Assembly: GCA_963693365.1 (NCBI GenBank)
Contig: CAVNZM010000012.1
Span: 6,708,889 to 6,772,888, forward strand
Direction: 5' to 3'
From: Amoebidium appalachense
Lineage: Eukaryota; Protista; Ichthyosporea
Length of the DNA stretch: 64,000 bases
The notes below the pieces were generated by a model. It saw only the letters and a list, made by a program, of their open reading frames with translations, was not told where the DNA came from and did no database searches. Position numbers and translations under genes: made by a program. Position 1 is the stretch's first letter. Every line of letters starts with the position of its first letter. This document shows, one piece after another, positions 38,028-55,809 of the stretch.

Positions 38028-38410
38028 TGTGTGCGTGTGCGTGCGTGCGTGCGTGCGTGCGTGCGTGTGTGCGTGCGTGCGTGCGTGTGTGTGTGTTTTA
38101 GGGGGGAGGGGGGAGGCCTTTGGTCAGTTTATAATTCTCCTTTTGGCTATTTTCTGTCTATTCACTGAAAGGGAGTTTTATGTTTCTGAAGATGCTGGCA
38201 GTTGCAAGAGTTTCCTGAAAGTTGTGTCATTACGTCCAAGCCACACACCGTCTTTTTTTCATGTATGAATGTATCAAAGTAATAATCGTAGTATGGAATG
38301 TATTTGACTGACCTATCTTAGGTATAGCAAACAAGCAACGATGTGAGCCTGAAAGGCATGCCTGTACGTGCTGTTTATCTGAATGTAGCTTGATCCCCCC
38401 TCCCCCCCCC

Positions 38411-38441
<31 letters not shown>

Positions 38442-38461
38442 ACACACACACCACCTAACCC

Positions 38462-38532
<71 letters not shown>

Positions 38533-38957
38533 ACACACACACATTCACACACACAAACACCACACCCCACACACACACACACACACGTGCGCGCGCACAC
38601 ACACACGCACACACACACACTCAAGTACACACGTGTACACGTCTGCACCCAAATCCGGTCGCTCCCAACAATGCCATATGTATCTGTTGGAGGTGTATGT
38701 GTACGAATTCATGTCTCCGTGAGGCTGATATTAATGAATGACAGCAGACGGCTAACTGTGGCCGGAATCATGCAACACTATTGCATGAAACAATGTCTCG
38801 GGCGCTTATGTGAAAACTGCAGCGGCAGTCTAATAGTTTGCACGCTGCGTGTGTGCTCGTGTGTGTGTGTGTTTCTGTGTGTGTGTGTACCACGGTGACT
38901 GTGTATGTGCTTGCCTGCATGTGTGTGCGTAACAGGTTTGCACCAGGATCCTGACTG

Positions 38958-39024
<67 letters not shown>

Positions 39025-39242
39025 ACAACAAACACACCACACACGCGCACTGGCACATATGCATGCACGCACGTACCCGCACCAGGGGCCGGGAAACCCA
39101 GAGTGTACACATGCGCAGTAATTACGTACATGTAGACAATTATATTGCGGAACACGTTAAGGTGCTCATGTGCATGTGACACGTCCGTACGTGTACACCT
39201 CTCCACCCCCCCCCCGCCCCCCTCCTGGGCCCGCCTTGAGCC

Positions 39243-39362
39243 TGGGCCCGCCCTGAGGATGGGCTCTGCTTATTATGCATACTCTTTATGTATGGTTAAA
39301 TTTGCATTCTGCATCGTGTTATCGATGTTTTTCTTGTGTACTTCGTACTTTATGACGCATTC

Positions 39363-39364
<2 letters not shown>
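39243..39364 (+). repeat. CATTCAA-poly(C) element, subfamily A, in a C tract that is empty in the duplicate unit
   Basis: The paralogous site at ~32195-32236 has only a poly(C) run between the same flanks. Confidence 0.8.
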
Positions 39365-39411
<47 letters not shown>

Positions 39412-39683
39412 CGGGCCGGGGAGCCCGTTTTGCGATCTGCAAGACCTCAGTCACCGTGATCAATCTGGCATTATATAGCCAATATCACCAACGGATTGCT
39501 GTGTTTTTATTGGTCGATTCACAACAGGCAACATCATGGATCTGAAATTTTTACGTTTATAATATCGAGTCTTACGGTTACACCGATATTTACAAAGCCC
39601 CAAGTATACATACTTAATATTATTATTGGGTTAGATCGAAACCGGTTCGATCGCATCACCCATATAAGGAAACTGTGCAAAAC

Positions 39684-43519
<3,836 letters not shown>

Positions 43520-44102
43520 ATCGAATGGCACGTGTTCATGTGCTGCGAATGCTATGAAATCACATGATTTTTTTTTGCCTTTGAGGATTTTTTTGCCTTT
43601 GAGGTTAATCCTCAGAAAGGATGCCTAAGCATGAAGCATGAAACGACGCTGGGTTTGCCCTTATCGTAAACCAGCATTCGTATCACCTTCGGCTAAACGG
43701 TAGGACTACTGTAGAAATAAGGAGGAGCGCTGTAATAGAGCTTTCCTGTGCTAACTAGTACTGTGTGTGTGTGTGCACGTGACGTGTGTGTGTGTGTGTG
43801 TGTACGTGCACCGGGCTTTCCATCCTCGAATGTAGCATATCTCGCGTATGTGAAGTAAATAGTGACTACAGTATGATAAGAGCACGAGGAAAGCTTGGGC
43901 GGGTTCAATCTCGGATCAGTCACTCAATCGGATATCCTCGAACGTAACCATCTTTGTAAGGTGCAGTACTGACTGTATCGAGGGTTTGGCGCCAGCCTCA
44001 AAATCTTTTCGAAACCAGGAACACACAAAACCGTAGGCGTCGTTTTTTTTTATAGAAGTGCCGCTCATATTTTCGTGCACGCCAGAGTGCAGAGAATTCA
44101 TA

Positions 44103-44975
44103 ATGGCCACCACAGGAGAGAAAAGCACAGTGTCCGGCATACCAAAAGCTGCCTTTTTGGTGAGAACCCTTCCTCCTTGCCTCCCGTGTCCCCTCCCCCC
44201 CCTCCCGCCCCCCCTCTCCCCCCTCCTCGCCCCCTCCCCCTCCCCTCCCCTCCCCCTCCCCCCGCCCCCTCTCCCTCAAACAAACCACACATATACACCC
44301 ACAAAACCACCCACTCACCCACACACCCCAACACACGCAGATACATACACACACAAACCTTCCCTCTCTCTCTGCCTTCCCTTGTCTCTGCCCCTCGTTC
44401 TCTCTCTCTCTCTCTCCCCCTTCCTCTCTCTCTCTGTCTCTCTCTCTCTCTCTCCCTCCCCCCCCCTCCTCCCGCCCCTCCATTTCTGTCCCCCCCTCCC
44501 TCCCTTTCTCGACCTATTTCTCTCTCTCCCTCCGTCCCTTTCTCTCTCACCCCATCTGTCGCTCTCTAGCTCTCGCCCCCTCCCCCCCCCTCCCCCTCCC
44601 CCCCCCCCCCCCCCTTAACCCACCTTCTCACTCTTTGTCCCTCTCTCGCTCTCTCCCCCCTCCTTCATCCACCCCACCCTCTTCTCTCTCTCCCCCACTC
44701 CCTCACTTCCCCCATGTCACCTTAGGCTCTTGGCCTGTGAGTCGTCTTTTTTCTCAGACTTCTCCTCAATTTCCTCCCTGCTATGTTTATACCCAAGGAA
44801 CCTTGTGGAGGGTGACGTAAGAGCACACAGCTGTGTTGTTGGTTGGTGGGGGGCTTTTCCTCGTTAAGAAGGTGAAGGATGGAGGGATGAGACTGATCTT
44901 GGTGAAAAGGGGGGAAGGGGGGGGCCGGGGGGGGGGGGGGGGAGGGGGAGGGAGGGAAGGGTTTGTGTGTACTGT

Positions 44976-45012
<37 letters not shown>

Positions 45013-45442
45013 GGGCTCCGCGAACATTAGTTATGACGGAAAAAGAGCGAGATCTCGAACTGTGGCATACCGTGGTTAGAATTCTGATTTTTCGATCAGG
45101 AAATGTCTGACTTCTTGGCAAAAAATGAAACTAAATATGGGGGTGGGAACCGACTTTTGGTTAACTTCCTGTTGACCCCCCCCACCCCCCCCCCCCCCCC
45201 CCCCCCCCCACCTAATCCTCCTCCTCCTCTGTTTCCGCCCCTGGTCCCGCTCCCTCATACCCACTCCCTCCCTCCCTCTCTCTTTCACTCCCTCCCTCTC
45301 TCTCTCTCTCCCTCCCTCCCTCCCTCCCTCCCTCCCTCCCTCCCTCCCTTTCTAACTTCCTGCCTTCCTCTTTCCCTCCCTCCCTCCCTCTCTCTCCCTC
45401 CCTCCCTCCCTCCCTCCCTCCCTCTCTCTCTCTCTCTCCCCC

Positions 45443-45484
<42 letters not shown>

Positions 45485-45659
45485 CTTCCTCCCCCCCCTT
45501 GCTTTCTGCAACAAATCTTTCTGCTTCCATCGTTGTTCTCTCCTCTTCTCTCCCTTCTCAACCCGTCTACTCTGCTTTCTCCACCTCACACTTACGCTAT
45601 TATTATAACATAGAAATATTTTTCTATCTGGCATCCCATTCCAATCTTAACCCTACCCA

Positions 45660-45690
<31 letters not shown>

Positions 45691-45913
45691 GGGCGCAAAA
45701 CCAGGAGGATGTGGATGCGTACATGGCCAACCGAGACCTAGACGATGAACTGAGGTCCCTTGAGGACCTTCACCAGAAGTACAAGTTCATGGAGTCAAAC
45801 CTGACGGCCAAGATCAGGCAGGTAGAGGCTAAGGTGCCTGATCTGAGGGAGAACTTGAAGACCGTGCAGACACTCAAGAAGAAGAAGGTGCGTGTGGGTG
45901 GGTGTGTTCGTGT

Positions 45914-45997
<84 letters not shown>

Positions 45998-46042
45998 ATT
46001 TTTTTTAGTATTTTTTTTTAATTAATTTATAATGGTGTTTGT

Positions 46043-46073
<31 letters not shown>

Positions 46074-46994
46074 GGGTAGGTGGGGGAGGGTTTCTGGATC
46101 TGAAGGAGAACTTGCGGACAGGGTAGACACTCAAGAAGAAGAAGGTGCGTGTGGAGGGGGGAAGGGGGGGGGGGGGGTTGTTTGTGGGGAGTGTGAGGGG
46201 GGAGGGGGTTAGGGAGTGTGTGTGGGGTGGGGGGGGGGGGGGGGGGGGGGGGGGATGGGTTTTTGGGGGGGGGGGGGGGGGGGGGGAGGGGGGGAGAGGG
46301 TGCAGATGTGGGTGAGGGTTTGTGTGTGTGGGAGGGGGGTGGGGAGGAGCTTAGGTGAGGGTAAATGTTTGGATGGGGTTATGGATGGGTGGGTGGGTGG
46401 ATGGATCGGGAGGGAGGGGCAAGTGGAGGGGGGGGAGGTGTGTGTGTGTGGGGGGGGGGGGGGGGGGGGGGGGGTGAAGAGGAGTAGATGGGTGGGTAAG
46501 GTACGGGTGGGTGGGTGAGCGGTTCTGAAGGGTGTGGCAGTGGGTAAGTAAGTTGATGGGGGTATAGGCGGGTGTTCGGATATGTGTAGGTGGGGTGTAT
46601 GACGGGGAGCTGGATGGGATAAGTAGGTGGGTGGCGGCATGGGTTGGTGGGCGGCTGGGCGGGTGAGCATGTGTGTGAATGTGTGTGGGTGAGGGGGGGA
46701 AGTGGGTGGGTGGGTGGGTGCACATATTGGGGGGATGGAGGAGGGGGGGGGGGGGGGGGGGGGGGGTAAATTGGGTGGGTGGGTGTGGTGTTGATTGGCA
46801 GTTGTGCCTAGTGGATTGCAAGTACTGGAAATGATGGTGTATAATAGCACCCCCTTGCCCTCTTTCCCCCCACCCCCCCCCCCCCCACCTCCGTAAACAT
46901 AACCACCGCAATGATACATGCACACATCTGCGCCCCTGCCTTCATGCACGCACTTAGCATACGCGGACACACATACACACGATCACACACACAA

Positions 46995-47064
<70 letters not shown>

Positions 47065-47103
47065 CCACAGCCCGCACACTCGCCCCCCCCCCCCCCCCCC
47101 CCT

Positions 47104-47138
<35 letters not shown>

Positions 47139-47356
47139 AGCGCCACCCCCCCGAAGCCCGGACACACACAAAAACACCCCCGCAGACAGGCGCGGACACA
47201 CCTATTCCCCTTCTCCTAACCCTCCCTTTCCCCTTTCCCCCCTCAGGATGCCTCTGAGCCCTTGGTGACCCGGTTTGAGCTTTCAGACAATCTGTATGCA
47301 AAGGCAAAGATTGTGCCCACAGACAAAGTCTGCCTCTGGCTGGGTGTATGTCTCCC

Positions 47357-47395
<39 letters not shown>

Positions 47396-47906
47396 CACCC
47401 ACCAACCCACCCACCCACCCCCACCCCCCCTCCACCCTCCTCATCCCGCCCCCCTGCACCGCCTCCCTCCCTCCCCCCCCCTCCCCCTCCCTCCCTCCCA
47501 ATATCCCACCACAAAAAATCGTGTGCTCGTGTTTGGCCGAGACGGGTTGGCTTGCCTATTTCTGTCGAGACAAGGGATGGGTTAAGAACTATGTGCAAAG
47601 GGGTTAAAGTAGTCGAACCTCGCCTGCTGATAAGTTGGACCGCCCCTCACCTGATGGAAAAAGCCCCCCTGATGTTGGGCACTGTGCAAGGGTAACTTGT
47701 CTGCCCACTAGGATACAAGAGCACGCATATGGACACGCATGAAAGGAATAGAAATAGGGGTGCACATGCAAGCACATGTGATGAATACAGAAATAGCGCA
47801 CACAGACAGGCGCATAAAGCATGCACAAGCATATGCGCATGTCCACACAAAAAAACACACGAAAGAACATAAACGACGGAAAACATATTACTCGTACACA
47901 AGCATG

Positions 47907-47971
<65 letters not shown>

Positions 47972-48443
47972 GCGCAAAAATGGGCGCAGATGGCTCTGGT
48001 CCCCTTGTTTCTTATGCGCTGCTTCTCAACAGAAAAGCTCCTGTTGCCCCCCCCCCTCTCCCCCTCCAGCCCCCTCCTCCCCTCCCCACACCCCCCCGAA
48101 AAAAAACCAAAAAAAGAAAAACACCCTCTTCCCCCCTTGTTTAACCCCTTCTTTTCCCGCAACACTAATAAAAAAAAACACCCTCTTCCCCTCGTGTTCA
48201 ACCCCCCCCTTTTCCCGCAACACTAATACTAAATTCATACTTATTCTAACGTCATACTAATAAGTCCTAACACCCTATTTTTTCCATATATAGGCGCAGG
48301 TGATGCTGGAATATTCCCTCGATGAGGCGGAGGACCTTCTCAGCAACAACCTGGCCATGTCTTTGAAGACTATTGAACAGACGGTGGAGGAGGCTGGGTA
48401 CGTCAAGGAGCAGATCACTACGACTGAAGTCAGTATCCTGAGA

Positions 48444-48510
<67 letters not shown>

Positions 48511-48703
48511 CGTGTGTGCGTGTGTGTGGGCGTGAGTGTGATTGTTTGGAAGGGGAGGGTGTTTGGGGGGGGGGGGGGGGGGGGGGATTGGCACGGTTGT
48601 GGTGTATTGTTTTGGGTGAGGTCTTTTTCCTCCTCTCTTTTTGGTGGTGTTCCTGAGTGGGTGTGTAAAGGAAGAGTTACTACTACTGAAGTCAGTATTC
48701 GGA

Positions 48704-48784
<81 letters not shown>

Positions 48785-48852
48785 GAGAAAGAGAGAGATG
48801 AGAGAGAGGGGGGGGGGGGGGGGAGGGGGGGAAGGAGGGAGGGAGGGAGGCG

Positions 48853-48893
<41 letters not shown>

Positions 48894-49389
48894 TGTGTGT
48901 GTGTGTGTGTGTGTGTTTGAGTGAGTGTGTGGATTGGCACGGTTCTGGGTGGGTGGGTAGGTGGGGTTTTTTCTCTTCCCCTTTCTTTTGGTGAGTTTCT
49001 GGGTGTTTGTGGTGTTCCATGTCTGTCTTCTTTTGATGTTTTTGGATGTGTGTTTGTGATGTGTTTGATTTTTCGTCTGTCTTTGTCTTTTTTTTTTTTC
49101 TTTTCTTTTTTTGGGGGGGGGGAGGGGGGGGGTTCTTCTCCCCCCAGTTTTTTTTTTTTGCCGCTTCTGGAGGTGTGGTGAATGTGGGTCGGGTTGTGCC
49201 TGTGTGTGTTTTTTTTGGCGGGGGGAGAGGGGGGGCAGGCTGGTGTGGTTTCTCCCACATAGTGTCTTGTATCTTTGTGTGGGAATGGGCCTCAAGGTGT
49301 GGGTTCGTGTTTCTCTGTATTAAGGGGGAAGGATTGGGAGGGTGGGTCGGTGGTGGTGGTGGTGGTGGTGTGTGTATGTGTGTGTCTGT

Positions 49390-49448
<59 letters not shown>

Positions 49449-49955
49449 TTCGGTCGTTCCCGTTTCAAGTTCTTGTCAACCTCGTGTTCTCCTCATGGGT
49501 TGTCAACTGTGTGTGTGAGTTTACACGCACATGGATTTGTATGTGTGCCAAGTTGTGTGTCTTGGTGGTGGTAGTGTTGGTGGTTGTGGGAAAGGGAAGG
49601 AGGAACCAAGGGGGGGGGGGGGGGGGGGGGTCGGAGTCAAAGGAAGCATTTGGACAGGGAGTTGGGTTAGAGAGCATGGGAAGAAATGGATGTGTGCCAC
49701 CCAGGACCGTGTGAATGTTTGCCTCCCAGGACCGTGTGAATGTCGGGTGCGTGCCCCATGTGTTGGTTGTGGAGACTCTGTCTCTCTGTGTGTGTGTGTG
49801 TGTGTGTTGTGTGTTGTGTTTGGAGAGAGGGGGAGGGGGGGGGGGGGGTCCTTTGCAATTTTTTTTCAGAAAGACACCTTGACTCGAGCGCAGACATTGC
49901 CCGGGTGTACAACTGGGGAGTGCGCAAGCGAAGAACCGAGAGGGGTGGCAAATAG
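44103..49955 (+). CDS. PFDN3: Prefoldin subunit 3 (VBP1/PFDN3); exons 44103-44159, 45705-45887, 47247-47345, 48294-48432, 49894-49955; 179 aa
   Basis: Spliced product contains GIPKAAFLEDVD, QKYKFME, FELSDNLYAKA, KVCLWLGAQVMLEYSLDEA and QITTTEVNIARVYNW, which are diagnostic prefoldin-3 motifs. All introns are GT-AG; 540 nt in total. Confidence 0.96.
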
Positions 49956-50053
49956 TTCGTTTTTTTTTTTTCTCCCTTGTTTACATTTTCTCTTTTTTTT
50001 GCCTTTCTTACGATCACGATAACTTTTGGAAATTTAGATACTTTTTTTTTTTT

Positions 50054-50105
<52 letters not shown>

Positions 50106-50331
50106 TGATGAGGAGTAATGTGTTTTGGCTGTTTTCATTCAACGTTTGATGGACTTTGTTTCTCTTTCGGTATTTTTTGTTTTTAGTTAGGGAACATGAA
50201 ATAGATATCTCATCTTTCCAGCATGTTCCCATATATGTTAGACTCAACATGCAAGGCAGACACATACACAAACACACATGCACCACACACACACACACGC
50301 TCGCGCGCGCGTGCGCGCATATACACACACT

Positions 50332-50433
<102 letters not shown>

Positions 50434-50438
50434 AACGC

Positions 50439-50483
<45 letters not shown>

Positions 50484-50830
50484 CACACGTACAAACACAG
50501 ACGAATATCTTGTATGCACATACACAGGTACCGAGCACACAAACCCGCGTCTTTGCGTATAAACCGTGGTCGGACTAGTACTCTGTGTTCACGTGCAGAG
50601 ATTAGGAACAATATCTGCGCATTTGTTTTTTGTAGTAAATCACTCGACCTGGAGCTGGGTTTTTATACATTGCGTGTGGACATGTGGTGTTTTATTGTAT
50701 GTGCAACTACCACACTCAAACGGAATAAATGCTGCGCTGGTCGCAGTGGTTTGAGAAGTACTGTAGATAAAGTAACGCAATGGACTTCTACGCTTATTGT
50801 ATGTATATCCATGTATGTGCCGTATCGGTT

Positions 50831-50866
<36 letters not shown>

Positions 50867-52352
50867 ACCCACCCACCCACCCCTCCTCCTCCCCTGCCCC
50901 CCCCCCTTTCATGGCACGTACGCTTACGTGGATGTCATTGGTCAACCCATCGCCACGGTAGCTCCATATGTACACCGATGATTGCTCTGACACGCACACA
51001 CAGACACCTGCACGTGTGACACTGAGATACACACACGTGGCACACAAGCACAAACACCGGCACAAGCCCACCGAGTCTCTCAAGACGCGCGCATGCGCAC
51101 ACACACGTGCAGGCCCATCTTCTGATCATCACTGCCAAACCTTATGGTGCAAGGCAAACCTTATGATCCTTAACATAGACAAATGTGGTGTTCTTGTACC
51201 TGATATAGCTAACAATTTACACACATTTACATTATCATCTAAACCTGTACCTATAGTTCCAGAATACAAATATCTTGGTGTTCCGGTTAATTCTGTTGGT
51301 GTTATGTTTTCCCATATGGTCGAAAAGAGGGTAGAGTTGGCTCGTAAGCGGTTAGCTTTCTTCTCGGCTAATATTTTTAAAGACACACCCCTCCATCCTT
51401 CTATTAGACTTACATTTATTCGCACTTTTGCCTTCCCGGCAGGTGAATATGGTTTTAAATTACCCCTTCTCGCCGCTTGGATCAAGAAAGAGAGAACTAG
51501 AGCGCTTAAACCCTTGGCAAATTTCCTTGAAGCAGAAGTTGCCTCCTTTCTATCTAACAACTGTTGTAAACCTGGGCCTGTAACGCTCTCGATATATGGT
51601 CTGGTCCCAATAGCTGCTAGAGTATCCTATCTCGCGCTGAAATTCAATAAGCACATAATTAGAGTATTTGCCCTCCCACCCTCTCTTCTCTATCCGACCT
51701 GTCCCCTCCTCACCTCTCCCCTCTTTCCTTCCCTCTCTCTCCCCTTCTCCCCTGGGCACAAATACAAATAAACCCCGCAAAAGTGTGTGTGTGACTTTGG
51801 ACTGCCACTTACTTATTAAACATGTACACAATCACAAGATAATCACGCAATATAACAAATGGAAAAAGATACCACACGACACTAGACCCGATGAAAGCAT
51901 ACACCTTGAAAAACTAAGCCTTATGTCTCGTTTTTTATATACTGACCGCCTCAACCATATTGCCAAATATGGCACTCGTAAATGTATAACACCTAAATAC
52001 ATATTACCTTCCTGTAGAACTGGTCTTTCTCTAGCTGATGGTATTATTGATCAATTACCACGCTTTTACTGTACACGTGCATTACAGTGGAGATCTAATA
52101 AGTATAAGGTGGCATCATTTGCATGCCCAAACAACACACACACACACCAGTTTAACCGGTCATGTATCGCCAAATGTAGTTTGATAGACCACATAATACC
52201 GCAACACACACACGTCACATTCACAACAGACACCCAGAAAGATAGCCTACCTGTAAATTACAACATCCTTGATTTTATACTAAACACGCGTAACTACGAC
52301 CTGTTTATTAGCCTATTGATTGGCTTGAGAAACACATCACTACAAAATTCTA

Positions 52353-52428
<76 letters not shown>

Positions 52429-52459
52429 CCAGCTGATACCGAGTGTCCCAGGGGAGCCC

Positions 52460-52494
<35 letters not shown>

Positions 52495-52668
52495 GGGGAA
52501 CCCCAACTAATTGATTTCTCTTTGTAGTCATAAGTTATGGTGTCTCGTAGAGAAAGTAAACCCTGATATATAGCCATCACCCGACATCTATGTACGTGAT
52601 CATGATATACCGCTGAGGGGAAATTCCGAGCAAAAACCCCCCCATACCTGAGACTGGTTTCTCTTTGC

Positions 52669-53912
52669 GGGGGTTTACACACTTTTTATTGCGTGGACAC
52701 TGCCGGAGGCCCAGCCACATTTGACGGCCTACTGCGTTTTCCAGCGCAGCCAATCAAATGCAGCCAGTGACATATGTACATGCTAGGCAACAATGAGCGC
52801 CATCGTAGTATATGACATGTGTACACCCCTATTACATATTATGGGTAAGCAGAGGCTAGCATCGGTAGCTCCGAAAGAAAGTTAAGGCACCGGATCACAA
52901 TATCATACTGTGCAGCATTAATAAGGTGATCTAGGATAGTCATCTTAAAACGGATATATTGAGGAAGAGAGGAAGAAAAGAGAATAAAACCGCCAATAAC
53001 CTCCGGCTAACAGGTTGCATTTATTGATAGATATGCAGCGGCGAGTAAACCGCCCCCCACACATATTACACATACGAGCAGGAGACACCAGAAACCGATT
53101 ACACCGCCAAGCCATAATCATCTTTGCGTTTTTACACCACACCACATTACGAATAAACGAATCTATGTATGAACGAGACTCTCTAACCGTATCCGCCATA
53201 TAGGCTACTAGTAGTTGGTGTTTTTGCGGTCCTAACACCGGAAGGGACTCATCACGTAGAGTAAAAAGATATCTATCAGCCATAGACTTGAAACTATTCA
53301 TATTCACACTATGAACTAGCCGTACCTCCGGTGGGGTCGCCAGCCATTCCACATAACGCTCGGCAATGGGCAGAGACGATGGGGAAGGGAAGAGGTAGAG
53401 GGGCGAGTCCGGCGGGGATGCGTGTAGCCGGAAGAGCGGATGGTCCGGGGCACAAGCGGACAGGCGGGTGATGTGCTCGTGAAATTTAAGGGCTAATTCG
53501 TGTACGCGTTGTGATGGTGGTGTGAGTGCGTAGAGAGAATCAAAAAGGCGTCTAGGGATAGGTGTGGAAAGACCAGTGAGAAACGTACAACAAGTTGTGT
53601 AGTGGAAATCATCTATTGATTTGAGGACATTAGTAACAGTATCAGGGGGTGCCATAGCTAGTAAGGGCAACCCGTATTCAGACAAAGGGCGAATATATGT
53701 GCGAAATATAATAGGGGGTTTACGCTGTTTACTCGAGGCAAAGAGAACCAGTCTCAGGTATGGGGGGGGGGGGGGGTTTGCTCGGAATATCCCCTCAGCG
53801 GTATATCATGATCACGTACATAGATGTCGGGTGGTGACTATATATCAGGGTTTACTTTCTCTACGAGACACCATCAAGACTACAAGGAGAAATCAATTAG
53901 TTGGGGTTCCCC

Positions 53913-53945
<33 letters not shown>

Positions 53946-53975
53946 GGGCTCCCCTCGGGACACTCGGTATCAGCT

Positions 53976-54023
<48 letters not shown>

Positions 54024-54888
54024 TGCGCTATAATTTTGTAGTGATGTGTTTCTCAAGCCAATCAATACATCTAATAAACAGGTCGTAGTTACGCGTGTTT
54101 AGTATAAAATCAAGGATGTTGTAATTTACAGGTAGGCTATCTTTCTGGGTGTCTGTTGTGAATGTGACGTGTGTGTGTTGCGGTATTATGTGGTCTATCA
54201 AACTACATTTGGCGATACATGACCGGTTAAACTGGTGTGTGTGTGTGTTGTTTGGGCATGCAAATGATGCCACCTTATACTTATTAGATCTCCACTGTAT
54301 AGCACGTGTACAGTAAAAGCGTGGTAATTGATCAATAATACCATCAGCTAGAGAAAGACCAGTTCTACAGGAAGGTAATATGTATTTAGGTGTTATACAC
54401 TTGCGAGTGCCATATTTGGCAATTATAATAAGACGATTGTATAGGTTGGACAGTATGAGAAAGAGTAGCAAGATACACATCCCTAAATAACCGAAGACAC
54501 CTGCCTGCACTCTCCACCCGACGGTCGATCATCCGTTTGAAACATATGCCCCATTCGTCCACCAGAATCCCCAAATACTTGTATTCGATTGGGCAAGGGA
54601 GGGGACTGCCGAAAATACAAACGTCGTCCCATGCCGGTATCGATTTTGATAAAAGGGCACACTTACTGACATTAATCTTCATATCGTTGCGCTGGCACCA
54701 ATGTTCAACCACACGAATGTATTGCCGTAGTTCGAGAGGATCGGACGACATAAGCACAATATCGTCGGCGAAAAAGAGGGCGGGGGGAGCCTGGGATGGT
54801 AACACCCCGTCAATTTGTGCCGCAGAAAGAGTGTCAGCTAAATCATCAGTACACAGGTTGAAAAGAAGAGGGCTTAGCAGGGACCCTT
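52669..54888 (-). mobile_element. 5'-truncated non-LTR retrotransposon B, inserted antisense in the 3' tail of A1
   Basis: RT motifs QGSLLSPLLFNL, FADD, INVSKC and YKYLG (54888-54430) continue as FRTYIRPLSEYG...CNMCGG (53713-52945). The 3' end is AATAAAAAGTGTGTAAACCCCC. No clear TSD. Confidence 0.85.
53714..54423 (-). mobile_element. Second, shorter copy of retrotransposon A (A2) inserted into B
   Basis: Reverse complement of ~51959-52668 plus the terminal CTCGAGTAAACAGCGTAAACCCCC; 7-bp TSD TATAATA at 53707-53713 and 54424-54430. Confidence 0.88.
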
Positions 54889-55809
54889 GAGTAAACAGCG
54901 TAAACCCATCATCACTTACGCGTATCACGGGTGATCGTGATCGCGTGCATCTATTTGTGTGCCACTGGGTATGAATTCGGAATGCATTATGAACATGCAC
55001 ACATGCACACATGCACGATCTTTCTACCCGGGCCGGGGGGGAGGGGGGGGGGAGGGGGGGGGGGGGGGGGGGGGCGGCTGGGGAAGGGGGGGAGGAGGGG
55101 GGAGTGGGGGTCGGGGTGGGGGTGGGGGGTGGGGGCCGGGGGGGGGAGGGATGGAAACGGCAGCGTTGCATTGGCATGGCAACCGACCAGGCGGACTTGG
55201 GACCGAGTCGTATTGTATCAGTATCGTTTTCTACATTGACATCCGGCATTGACAAAGGCTTACTGTGTCATTATTCTGTGCCAGGTATACCGCTAGTTTA
55301 ATACAACAACTGAAGAAGCCGGAATATGGAAAGAATGTAGCCTATAAATAATTCGTCTTGTGATCTTCACACCGCGCTGTGACTACCAGCAGTGCCAGCT
55401 ACTATTTATGGTCAGCGACCTGCCAAAAATGGGCGCAAAAATTCGGCTAATGGTGATTGGGAGAAATCTGCCATCGGTCACTTTGATTGGACGTTGTATG
55501 CACTTTCCTATTGGCTAATCTGTTTCTCACAAGCTTCAAGAATTTTAGGGATCTTCGGAGATTCCTGGACGTAACGACTCTAGAGTCTACGAGGCAGCAC
55601 GGTGCCTGCTTGTAAACTTTACACTGTCATGAACTGCCATATACGTGTGTGCGTGTCAATGAAAGTTAGAAAGCATCAGTTATACGCTAGGTTTAAATAA
55701 AGTACGTTTTATTCAGGCTTGCACCAATACTATTTCTTCGATCAGTGGACCACGTCGACCGTTCCAGACTCTCGCCTCGAAATTTCCAGATCTAGATCCA
55801 AGAATTTCC

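Larger units (their letters stand above)
51134..54907 (+). mobile_element. 5'-truncated non-LTR retrotransposon A1 (51134-52668 plus 54889-54907), split by element B
   Basis: RT C-terminal motifs WCKANLMILNIDKCG, YKYLGV and FIRTFAFPAGEYG, plus a Cys-rich tail. 9-bp TSD ATCATCACT at 51125-51133 and 54908-54916. The terminal GAGTAAACAGCGTAAACCC lies beyond B. The ORF is frameshifted. Confidence 0.85.

Noticed and set aside
54386-55255. 289-aa RT ORF from the ORF track as a single gene
   Set aside because: It is a chimera of flanking DNA, the A1 tail, the B RT fragment and A2.
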